DNA of 64,000 bases from Balanoglossus misakiensis (Eukaryota; Animalia; Hemichordata), in assembly GCA_040954595.2 (NCBI GenBank), contig CM082584.2:1350281-1414280 (forward strand). The letters run 5' to 3'. Positions 52,461 through 64,000 of the stretch are shown piece after piece (position 1 is the first letter of the stretch; each line of letters opens with the position of its first letter). The notes below the pieces were generated by a model. The model was not told the origin of the DNA and did not search any database. It saw only the letters and a program-made list of their open reading frames with translations. The position numbers and the translations under genes were made by a program.

Positions 52461-55400
52461 AAGTCGAAAATTTGTCATTTTTTGATGATTTTCTCCCATG
52501 ATTTTTTTCAAAAATCGACGAAATTGTGAGATTTTGCAAAGTCGAAAATTTGTAATTTTTTGATGATTTTCACCCATGATTTTTTTCAAAAATCGATTAA
52601 ATTGTGAGATTTTGCAAAGTCGAAAATTTGTCATTTTTTGATGATTTTCTCCCATGATTTTTTTCAAAAATCGACGAAATTTTGTGATTTTGCAAAGTCG
52701 AAAATTTGTCATTTTTGATGATTTTCAGCCATGATTTTTTTCAAAAATCGACGAAATGTTGAGATTTTGCAAAGTCGAAAATTTGTCATTTTTTGATGAT
52801 TTTCACCCATGATTTTTTTCAAAAATCGACGAAATGTTGAGATTTTGCAAAGTCAAAAATTTGTCATTTTTTGATGATTTTCACCCATGTTTTTTTTTTA
52901 AAAAATCGACGAACCTATGATATTTTTCAAAATCGACGAAATTTTGAGATTTTGCAAAGTCGAAAATTTGTAATTTTTTGATGATTTTCACCCATGATTT
53001 TTTCAAAAATTGACGAAATTTCGAGATTTTGCAAAGTCGAAAATTTGTCATTTTTGATGATTTTCAGCCATGATTTTTTTCAAAAATCGACGAAATTTTG
53101 TGATTTTGCAAAGTCGAAAATTTGTCATTTTTTGATGATTTTCTCCCATGATTTTTTTCAAAAATCGACGAAATTTTGTGATTTTGCAAAGTCGAAAATT
53201 TGTCATTTTTGATGATTTTCAGCCATGATTTTTTTCAAAAATCGACGAAATGTTGAGATTTTGCAAAGTCGAAAATTTGTCATTTTTTGATGATTTTCAC
53301 CCATGATTTTTTTCAAAAATCGACGAAATTTTGAGATTTTGCAAAGTCGAAAATTTGTCATTTTTTGATGATTTTCACCCATGATTTTTTTTCAAAAATC
53401 GACGAAATGTTGAGATTTTGCAAAGTCGAAAATTTGTAATTTTTTGATGATTTTCACCCATGATTTTTTTCAAAAATCGACGAAATTGTGAGATTTTGCA
53501 AAGTCGATAATTTGTCATTTTTTGATGATTTTCCCCCAATGGTTTTTTTCAAAATCGACGAAATTTTGAGATTTTGCAAAGTCGAAAATTTGTCATTTTT
53601 TGATGATTTTCACCCATGATTTTTTTCAAAAATCGACGAAATTGTGAGATTTTGCAAAGTCAAAAATTTGTCATTTTTTGATGATTTTCACCCATGTTTT
53701 TTTTTTAAAAAATCGACGAACCTATGATATTTTTCAAAATCGACGAAATTTTGAGATTTTGCAAAGTCGAAAATTTGTAATTTTTTGATGATTTTCACCC
53801 ATGATTTTTTCAAAAATTGACGAAATTTCGAGATTTTGCAAAGTCGAAAATTTGTCATTTTTGATGATTTTCAGCCATGATTTTTTTCAAAAATCGACGA
53901 AATTTTGTGATTTTGCAAAGTCGAAAATTTGTCATTTTTTGATGATTTTCTCCCATGATTTTTTTCAAAAATCGACGAAATTTTGTGATTTTGCAAAGTC
54001 GAAAATTTGTCATTTTTGATGATTTTCAGCCATGATTTTTTTCAAAAATCGACGAAATGTTGAGATTTTGCAAAGTCGAAAATTTGTCATTTTTTGATGA
54101 TTTTCACCCATGATTTTTTTCAAAAATCGACGAAATGTTGAGATTTTGCAAAGTCAAAAATTTGTCATTTTTTGATGATTTTCACCCATGTTTTTTTTTT
54201 AAAAAATCGACGAACCTATGATATTTTTCAAAATCGACGAAATTTTGAGATTTTGCAAAGTCGAAAATTTGTAATTTTTTGATGATTTTCACCCATGATT
54301 TTTTCAAAAATTGACGAAATTTCGAGATTTTGCAAAGTCGAAAATTTGTCATTTTTGATGATTTTCAGCCATGATTTTTTTCAAAAATCGACGAAATTTT
54401 GTGATTTTGCAAAGTCGAAAATTTGTCATTTTTTGATGATTTTCTCCCATGATTTTTTTCAAAAATCGACGAAATTTTGTGATTTTGCAAAGTCGAAAAT
54501 TTGTCATTTTTGATGATTTTCAGCCATGTTTTTTTTTAAAAAAAATCGACGAACCTATGATATTTTTCAAAATCGACGAAATTTTGAGATTTTGCAAAGT
54601 CGAAAATTTGTAATTTTTTGATGATTTTCACCCATGATTTTTTCAAAAATTGACGAAATTTCGAGATTTTGCAAAGTCGAAAATTTGTCATTTTTGATGA
54701 TTTTCAGCCATGATTTTTTTCAAAAATCGACGAAATTTTGTGATTTTGCAAAGTCGAAAATTTGTCATTTTTTGATGATTTTCTCCCATGATTTTTTTCA
54801 AAAATCGACGAAATTTTGTGATTTTGCAAAGTCGAAAGTTTGTCATTTTTGATGATTTTCAGCCATGATTTTTTTCAAAAATCGACGAAATGTTGAGATT
54901 TTGCAAAGTCGAAAATTTGTCATTTTTTGATGATTTTCACCCATGATTTTTTTCAAAAATCGACGAAATGTTGAGATTTTGCAAAGTGGAAAATTTGTCA
55001 TTTTTTGATGATTTTCTCCCATGATTTTTTTCAAAAATCGACGTAATTGTGAGATTTTGCAAAGTCGAAAATTTGTCATTTTTTGATGATTTTCACCCAT
55101 GTTTTTTTTTTAAAAATCGACGAACCTATGATTTTTTTCAAAATCGACGAAATTTTGTGATTTTACAAAGTCGAAAATTTTGTCATTTTTTGATGATTTT
55201 CACCCATGATTTTTTTTCAAAAATCGACGAAATTTTGAGATTTTGCATAGACGAAAATTTGTCATTTTTTTATGATTTTCACCCATGATTTTTTCAAAAA
55301 TTGACGAAATTTTGAGATTTTGCAAAGTCGAAAATTTGTCATTTTTTGATGATTTTCACCCATGATTTTTTTTCAAAAATCGACGAAATGTTGAGATTTT

Positions 55401-58400
55401 GCAAAGTCGAAAATTTGTAATTTTTTGATGATTTTCACCCATGATTTTTTTCAAAAATCGACGAAATTGTGAGATTTTGCAAAGTCGATAATTTGTCATT
55501 TTTTGATGATTTTCCCCCAATGGTTTTTTTCAAAATCGACGAAATGTTGAGATTTTGCAAAGTCGAAAATTTGTCATTTTTTGATGATTTTCTCCCATGA
55601 TTTTTTTCAAAAATCGACGAAATTGTGAGATTTTGCAAAGTCGAAAATTTGTCATTTTTTGATGATTTTCACCCATGTTTTTTTTTTAAAAATCGACGAA
55701 CCTATGATTTTTTTCAAAATCGACGAAATTTTGTGATTTTACAAAGTCGAAAATTTTGTCATTTTTTGATGATTTTCACCCATGATTTTTTTTCAAAAAT
55801 CGACGAAATTTTGAGATTTTGCATAGACGAAAATTTGTCATTTTTTTATGATTTTCACCCATGATTTTTTCAAAAATTGACGAAATTTTGAGATTTGCAA
55901 AGTCGAAAATTTGTCATTTTTTGATGATTTTCACCCATGATTTTTTTCAAAAATCGACGAAATGTTGAGATTTTGCAAAGTCGAAAATTTGTAATTTTTT
56001 GATGATTTTCACCCATGATTTTTTTCTAAAATCGACGAAATTGTGAGATTTTGCAAAGTCGATAATTTGTCATTTTTTGATGATTTTCCCCCAATGGTTT
56101 TTTTCAAAATCGACGAAATTTTGAGATTTTGCAAAGTCGAAAATTTGTCATTTTTTGATGATTTTCACCTATAATTTTTTTCAAAAATCGACGAAATTGT
56201 GAGATTTTGCAAAGTCAAAAATTTGTCATTTTTTGATGATTTTCACCCATGTTTTTTTTTTAAAAATCGACGAACCTATGATTTTTTTCAAAATCGACGA
56301 AATTTTGAGATTTTGCAAAGTCGAAAATTTTGTCATTTTTTGATGATTTTCACCCATGATTTTTTCAAAAATTGACGAAATTTTGAGATTTTGCAAAGTC
56401 GAAAATTTGTCATTTTTTGATGATTTTCACCCATGATTTTTTTCAAAAATCGACGAAATGTTGAGATTTTGCAAAGTCGAAAATTTGTATTTTTTGATGA
56501 TTTTCACCCATGATTTTTTTCAAAAATTGACGAAATTTCGAGATTTTGCAAAGTCGAAAATTTGTCATTTTTTGATGATTTTCACCCATGATTTTTTTCA
56601 AAAATTGACGAAATTTCGAGATTTTGCAAAGTCGAAAATTTGTCATTTTTTGATGATTTTCACCCATGATTTTTTTTCAAAAATCGACGAAATGTTGAGA
56701 TTTTGCAAAGTCGAAAATTTGTAATTTTTTGATGATTTTCACCCATGATTTTTTTCAAAAATCGATTAAATTGTGAGATTTTGCAAAGTCGAAAATTTGT
56801 CATTTTTTGATGATTTTCTCCCATGATTTTTTTCAAAAATCGACGAAATTGTGAGATTTTGCAAAGTCGAAAATTTGTCATTTTTTGATGATTTTCACCC
56901 ATGTTTTTTTTTTAAAAATCGACGAACCTATAATTTTTTTCAAAATCGACGAAATTTTGTGATTTTACAAAGTCGAAAATTTTGTCATTTTTTGATGATT
57001 TTCACCCATGATTTTTTTTCAAAAATCGACGAAATTTTGAGATTTTGCATAGACGAAAATTTGTCATTTTTTTATGATTTTCACCCATGATTTTTTCAAA
57101 AATTGACGAAATTTTGAGATTTTGCAAAGTCGAAAATTTGTCATTTTTTGATGATTTTCACCCATGATTTTTTTCAAAAATCGACGAAATGTTGAGATTT
57201 TGCAAAGTCGAAAATTTGTAATTTTTTGATGATTTTCACCCATGATTTTTTTCAAAAATCGACGAAATTGTGAGATTTTGCAAAGTCGATAATTTGTCAT
57301 TTTTGATGATTTTCCCCCAATGGTTTTTTTCAAAATCGACGAAATTTTGAGATTTTGCAAAGTCGAAAATTTGTCATTTTTTGATTATTTTCCCCCATGT
57401 TTTTTTTTTTTAAATGGACGAAATTTTGAGATTTTGCAAAGTCGAAAATTTGTCATTTTTTGATGATTTTCACCTATAATTTTTTTCAAAAATCGACGAA
57501 ATTGTGAGATTTTGCAAAGTCAAAAATTTGTCATTTTTTGATGATTTTCACCCATGTTTTTTTTTTAAAAATCGACGAAACTATGATTTTTTTCAAAATC
57601 GACGAAATTTTGAGATTTTGCAAAGTCGAAAATTTTGTCATTTTTTGATGATTTTCACCCATGATTTTTTCAAAAATTGACGAAATTTTGAGATTTTGCA
57701 AAGTCGAAAATTTGTCATTTTTTGATGATTTTCACCCATGATTTTTTTCAAAAATCGACGAAATGTTGAGATTTTGCAAAGTCGAAAATTTGTCATTTTT
57801 TGATGATTTTCACCCATGATTTTTTTCAAAAATTGACGAAATTTCGAGATTTTGCAAAGTCGAAAATTTGTCATTTTTTGATGATTTTCACCCATGATTT
57901 TTTTTCAAAAATCGACGAAATGTTGAGATTTTGCAAAGTCGAAAATTTGTAATTTTTTGATGATTTTCACCCATGATTTTTTTCAAAAATCGACGAAATT
58001 GTGAGATTTTGCAAAGTCGAAAATTTGTCATTTTTTGATGATTTTCTCCCATGATTTTTTTCAAAAATCGACGAAATTGTGAGATTTTGCAAAGTCGAAA
58101 ATTTGTCATTTTTTGATGATTTTCACCCATGTTTTTTTTTTAAAAATCGACGAACCTATGATTTTTTTCAAAATCGACGAAATTTTGTGATTTTACAAAG
58201 TCGAAAATTTTGTCATTTTTTGATGATTTTCACCCATGATTTTTTTTCAAAAATCGACGAAATTTTGAGATTTTGCATAGACGAAAATTTGTCATTTTTT
58301 TATGATTTTCACCCATGATTTTTTCAAAAATTGACGAAATTTTGAGATTTTGCAAAGTCGAAAATTTGTCATTTTTTGATGATTTTCACCCATGATTTTT

Positions 58401-61400
58401 TTCAAAAATCGACGAAATGTTGAGATTTTGCAAAGTCGAAAATTTGTAATTTTTTGATGATTTTCACCCATGATTTTTTTCAAAAATCGACGAAATTGTG
58501 AGATTTTGCAAAGTCGATAATTTGTCATTTTTGATGATTTTCCCCCAATGGTTTTTTTCAAAATCGACGAAATTTTGAGATTTTGCAAAGTCGAAAATTT
58601 GTCATTTTTTGATGATTTTCCCCCATGTTTTTTTTTTTTAAATGGACGAAATTTTGAGATTTTGCAAAGTCGAAAATTTGTCATTTTTTGATGATTTTCA
58701 CCTATAATTTTTTTCAAAAATCGACGAAATTGTGAGATTTTGCAAAGTCAAAAATTTGTCATTTTTTGATGATTTTCACCCATGTTTTTTTTTTTAAAAT
58801 TGACGAACCTATGATTTTTTTCAAAATCGACGAAATTTTGAGATTTTGCAAAGTCGAAAATTTTGTCATTTTTTGATGATTTTCACCCATGATTTTTTCA
58901 AAAATTGACGAAATTTTGAGATTTTGCAAAGTCGAAAATTTGTCATTTTTTGATGATTTTCACCCATGATTTTTTTCAAAAATCGACGAAATGTTGAGAT
59001 TTTGCAAAGTCGAAAATTTGTCATTTTTTGATGATTTTCACCCATGATTTTTTTCAAAAATTGACGAAATTTCGAGATTTTGCAAAGTCGAAAATTTGTC
59101 ATTTTTTGATGATTTTCACCCATGATTTTTTTTCAAAAATCGACGAAATGTTGAGATTTTGCAAAGTCGAAAATTTGTAATTTTTTGATGATTTTCACCC
59201 ATGATTTTTTTCAAAAATCGACGAAATTGTGAGATTTTGCAAAGTCGATAATTTGTCATTTTTTGATGATTTTCCCCCAATGGTTTTTTTCAAAATCGAC
59301 GAAATTTTGAGATTTTGCAAAGTCGAAAATTTGTCATTTTTTGATGATTTTCACCCATGATTTTTTTCAAAAATCGACGAAATTGTGAGATTTTGCAAAG
59401 TCCAAAATTTGTCATTTTTTGATGATTTTCACCCATGTTTTTTTTTTAAAAAATCGACGAACCTATGATATTTTTCAAAATCGACGAAATTTTGAGATTT
59501 TGCAAAGTCGAAAATTTGTAATTTTTTGATGATTTTCAGCCATGATTTTTTTCAAAAATCGACGAAATGTTGAGATTTTGCAAAGTCGAAAATTTGTCAT
59601 TTTTTGATGATTTTCACCCATGATTTTTTTCAAAAATCGACGAAATTGTGAGATTTTGCAAAGTCGATAATTTGTCATTTTTTGATGATTTTCCCCCAAT
59701 GGTTTTTTTCAAAATCGACGAAATTTTGAGATTTTGCAAAGTCGAAAATTTGTCATTTTTTGATGATTTTCACCCATGATTTTTTTCAAAAATCGACGAA
59801 ATTGTGAGATTTTGCAAAGTCAAAAATTTGTCATTTTTTGATGATTTTCACCCATGTTTTTTTTTTAAAAAATCGACGAACCTATGATATTTTTCAAAAT
59901 CGACGAAATTTTGAGATTTTGCAAAGTCGAAAATTTGTAATTTTTTGATGATTTTCAGCCATGATTTTTTTCAAAAATCGACGAAATGTTGAGATTTTGC
60001 AAAGTCGAAAATTTGTCATTTTTTGATGATTTTCACCCATGATTTTTTTCAAAAATCGACGAAATGTTGAGATTTTGCAAAGTCGAAAATTTGTCATTTT
60101 TTGATGATTTTCTCCCATGATTTTTTTCAAAAATCGACGAAATTGTGAGATTTTGCAAAGTCGAAAATTTGTCATTTTTTGATGATTTTCACCCATGTTT
60201 TTTTTTTTTAAATCGACGAACCTATGATTTTTTTCAAAATCGACGAAATTTTGTGATTTTACAAAGTCGAAAATTTTGTCATTTTTTGATGATTTTCAAC
60301 TTCTATTTTTTTTCAAAAATCGACGAAAATTTGAGATTTTGCAAAGACGAAAATTTGTCATTTTTGATGATTTTTACCCATGATTTTTTTCAAAAATCGA
60401 CGAAATTTTGAGATTTTGCGAAGTCGAAAATGTGTCATTTTTTGATGATTTTCACCCGTTTTTTTTCAAAATTTGTCATTTTTTGATGATTTTCACCGAT
60501 GATTTTTTTCAAAAATCTACGAAATTTTGAGATTTTGCATAGACGAAAATTTGTAATTTTTTGATGATTTTCACCCATGATTTTTTTCAAAAATCGACGA
60601 AATTGTGAGATTTTGCAAAGTCGATAATTTGTCATTTTTTGATGATTTTCCCCCAATGGTTTTTTTCAAAATCGACGAAATTTTGAGATTTTGCAAAGTC
60701 GAAAATTTGTCATTTTTTGATGATTTTCACCCATGATTTTTTTCAAAAATCGACGAAATTGTGAGAATTTGCAAAGTCAAAAATTTGTCATTTTTTGATG
60801 ATTTTCACCCATGTTTTTTTTTAAAAAATCGACGAACCTATGATATTTTTCAAAATCGACGAAATTTTGAGATTTTGCAAAGTCGAAAATTTGTAATTTT
60901 TTGATGATTTTCACCCATGATTTTTTTCAAAAATTGACGAAATTTCGAGATTTTGCAAAGTCGAAAATTTGTCATTTTTTGATGATTTTCACCCATGATT
61001 TTTTTTCAAAAATCGACGAAATGTTGAGATTTTGCAAAGTCGAAAATTTGTAATTTTTTGATGATTTTCACCCATGATTTTTTTCAAAAATCGACGAAAT
61101 TGTGAGATTTTGCAAAGTCGATAATTTGTCATTTTTTGATGATTTTCCCCCAATGTTTTTTTTCAAAATCGACGAAATTGTGAGATTTTGCAAAGTCGAA
61201 AATTTGTCATTTTTTGATGATTTTCACCCATGATTTTTTTCAAAGATCGACGAAATTGTGAGATTTTGCAAAGTCAAAAATTTGTCATTTTTTGATGATT
61301 TTCACCCATGATTTTGATGATTTTCACCCATGATTTTTTCAAAAATTGACGAAATTTTGAGATTTTGCAAAGTCGAAAATTTGTCATTTTTTGATGATTT

Positions 61401-64000
61401 TCACCCATGATTTTTTTCAAAAATCGACGAAATGTTGAGATTTTGCAAAGTCGAAAATTTGTCATTTTTTGATGATCTTCACCCATGATTTTTTTCAAAA
61501 ATCGACGAAATGTTGAGATTTTGCAAAGTCGAAAATTTGTCATTTTTTGATGATTTTCTCCCATGATTTTTTTCAAAAATCGACGAAATTGTGAGATTTT
61601 GCAAAGTCGAAAATTTGTCATTTTTTGATGATTTTCACCCATGTTTTTTTTTTTAAAATCGACGAACCTATGATTTTTTTCAAAATCGACGAAATTTTGT
61701 GATTTTACAAAGTCGAAAATTTTGTCATTTTTTGATGATTTTCACCCATGATTTTTTTTCAAAAATCGACGAAATTTTGAGATTTTGCAAAGTCGAAAAT
61801 TTGTCATTTTTTGATGATTTTCACCCATAATTTTTTTCAAAAATCGACGAAATTGTGAGATTTTGCAAAGTCAAAAATTTGTAATTTTTTGATGATTTTC
61901 ACCCATGATTTTTTTCAAAAATCGACGAAATTGTGAGATTTTGCAAAGTCGATAATTTGTCATTTTTTGATGATTTTCCCCCAATGGTTTTTTTCAAAAT
62001 CGACGAAATTTTGAGATTTTGCAAAGTCGAAAATTTGTCATTTTTTGATGATTTTCCCCCATGTTTTTTTTTTAAAATGGACGAAATTTTGAGATTTTGC
62101 AAAGTCGAAAATTTGTCATTTTTTGATGATTTTCACCCATGATTTTTTTCAAAAATTGACGAAATTTCGAGATTTTGCAAAGTCGAAAATTTGTCATTTT
62201 TTGATGATTTTCACCCATGATTTTTTTTCAAAAATCGACGAAATGTTGAGATTTTGCAAAGTCGAAAATTTGTAATTTTTTGATGATTTTCACCCATGAT
62301 TTTTTTCAAAAATCGACGAAATTGTGAGATTTTGCAAAGTCGATAATTTGTCATTTTTTGATGATTTTCCCCCAATGGTTTTTTTCAAAATCGACGAAAT
62401 TTTGAGATTTTGCAAAGTCGAAAATTTGTCATTTTTTGATGATTTTCACCCATGATTTTTTTCAAAAATCGACGAAATTGTGAGATTTTGCAAAGTCAAA
62501 AATTTGTCATTTTTTGATGATTTTCACCCATGTTTTTTTTAAAAAATCGACGAACCTATGATATTTTTCAAAATCGACGAAATTTTGAGATTTTGCAAAG
62601 TCGAAAATTTTGTCATTTTTTGATGATTTTCACCCATGATTTTTTTCAAAAATCGACGAAATGTTGAGATTTTGCAAAGTCGAAAATTTGTTATTTTTTG
62701 ATGATTTTCACCCATGATTTTTTTCAAAAATCGACGAAATTGTGAGATTTTGCAAAGTCGATAATTTGTCATTTTTTGATGATTTTACCCCAATGGTTTT
62801 TTTCAAAATCGACGAAATTTTGAGATTTTGCAAAGTCGAAAATTTGTCATTTTTTGATGATTTTCCCCCATGTTTTTTTTTTAAAATGGACGAAATTTTG
62901 AGATTTTGCAAAGTCGAAAATTTGTCATTTTTTGATGATTTTCACCCATAATTTTTTTCAAAAATCGACGAAATTGTGAGATTTTGCAAAGTCAAAAATT
63001 TGTCATTTTTTGATGATTTTCACCCATGTTTTTTTTCAAAAATCGACGAAATTGTGAGATTTTGCAAAGTCGAAAATTTGTCATTTTTTGATGATTTTCA
63101 CCCATGTTTTTTTTTTAAAAATCGACGAACCTATGATTTTTTTCAAAATCGACGAAATTTTGTGATTTTACAAAGTCGAAAATTTTGTCATTTTTTGATG
63201 ATTTTCAACCATGATTTTTTTTCAAAAATCGACGAAAATTTGAGATTTTGCATAGACGAAAATTTGTCATTTTTTGATGATTTTCACCCATGATTTTGAT
63301 GATTTTCACCCATGATTTTTTCAAAAATTGACGAAATTTTGAGATTTTGCAAAGTCGAAAATTTGTCATTTTTTGATGATTTTCACCCATGATTTTTTTC
63401 AAAAATCGACGAAATGTTGAGATTTTGCAAAGTCGAAAATTTGTCATTTTTTGATGATTTTCACCCATGATTTTTTTCAAAAATCGACGAAATGTTGAGA
63501 TTTTGCAAAGTCGAAAATTTGTCATTTTTTGATGATTTTCTCCCATGATTTTTTTCAAAAATCGACGAAATTGTGAGATTTTGCAAAGTCGAAAATTTGT
63601 CATTTTTTGATGATTTTCCCCCATGTTTTTTTTTTAAAATGGACGAAATTTTGAGATTTTGCAAAGTCGAAAATTTGTCATTTTTTGATGATTTTCACCC
63701 ATGATTTTTTTCAAAAATTGACGAAATTTCGAGATTTTGCAAAGTCGAAAATTTGTCATTTTTTGATGATTTTCACCCATGATTTTTTTTCAAAAATCGA
63801 CGAAATGTTGAGATTTTGCAAAGTCGAAAATTTGTAATTTTTTGATGATTTTCACCCATGATTTTTTTCAAAAATCGACGAAATTGTGAGATTTTGCAAA
63901 GTCGATAATTTGTCATTTTTTGATGATTTTCCCCCAATGGTTTTTTTCAAAATCGACGAAATTTTGAGATTTTGCAAAGTCGAAAATTTGTCATTTTTTG

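Larger units (their letters stand above)
11503..64000. repeat. 78-bp AT-rich satellite DNA array (roughly 650-670 monomers, runs off the window end)
   Basis: Consensus CCATGATTTTTTTCAAAAATCGACGAAATTTTGAGATTTTGCAAAGTCGAAAATTTGTCATTTTTTGATGATTTTCAC, head-to-tail in one orientation, with 75-, 77-, 79- and ~104-bp variants. Confidence 0.98.

Noticed and set aside
11714-63664. Many minus-strand ORFs encoding a 26-aa repeat (MGENHQKMTNFRLCKISTFRRFLKKI)
   Set aside because: Artefact of a 78-bp (3x26) monomer with a stop-free frame. Frames are broken constantly by homopolymer length changes, with no sign of coding constraint.
11503-64000. CRISPR-like array
   Set aside because: There are no unique spacers, the monomers are contiguous, no cas genes are present, and the context is eukaryotic retroelements.

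Overview
Eukaryotic (animal-like) repetitive DNA with no host genes. 1-1775: 3' part of a defective non-LTR retrotransposon (RT with YADD, a nonsense codon, a 3' stem-loop, AATAAA and an (ATT)n tail). About 2100-2361 and 11212-11502: a degenerate ~230-250 bp tandem repeat. 2362-11211: a full-length, young BEL/Pao LTR retrotransposon inserted into a G-run of that repeat, with 954-bp LTRs (3 visible differences), a poly-G TSD and a single gag-pol broken by two frameshifts and one stop. ~11503-64000: a 52.5-kb head-to-tail 78-bp AT-rich satellite with a quasi-palindromic monomer and nested higher-order duplications. Most interesting: the BEL element has no tRNA-type primer-binding site. Instead, the 9 nt right after the 5' LTR (GTAAAAACT) are exactly complementary to the 9 nt starting at an Initiator-like TCAGT inside the LTR. 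This is the layout of Tf1-style tRNA-independent self-priming, which I do not know from the BEL/Pao superfamily. All comparisons were made by eye.
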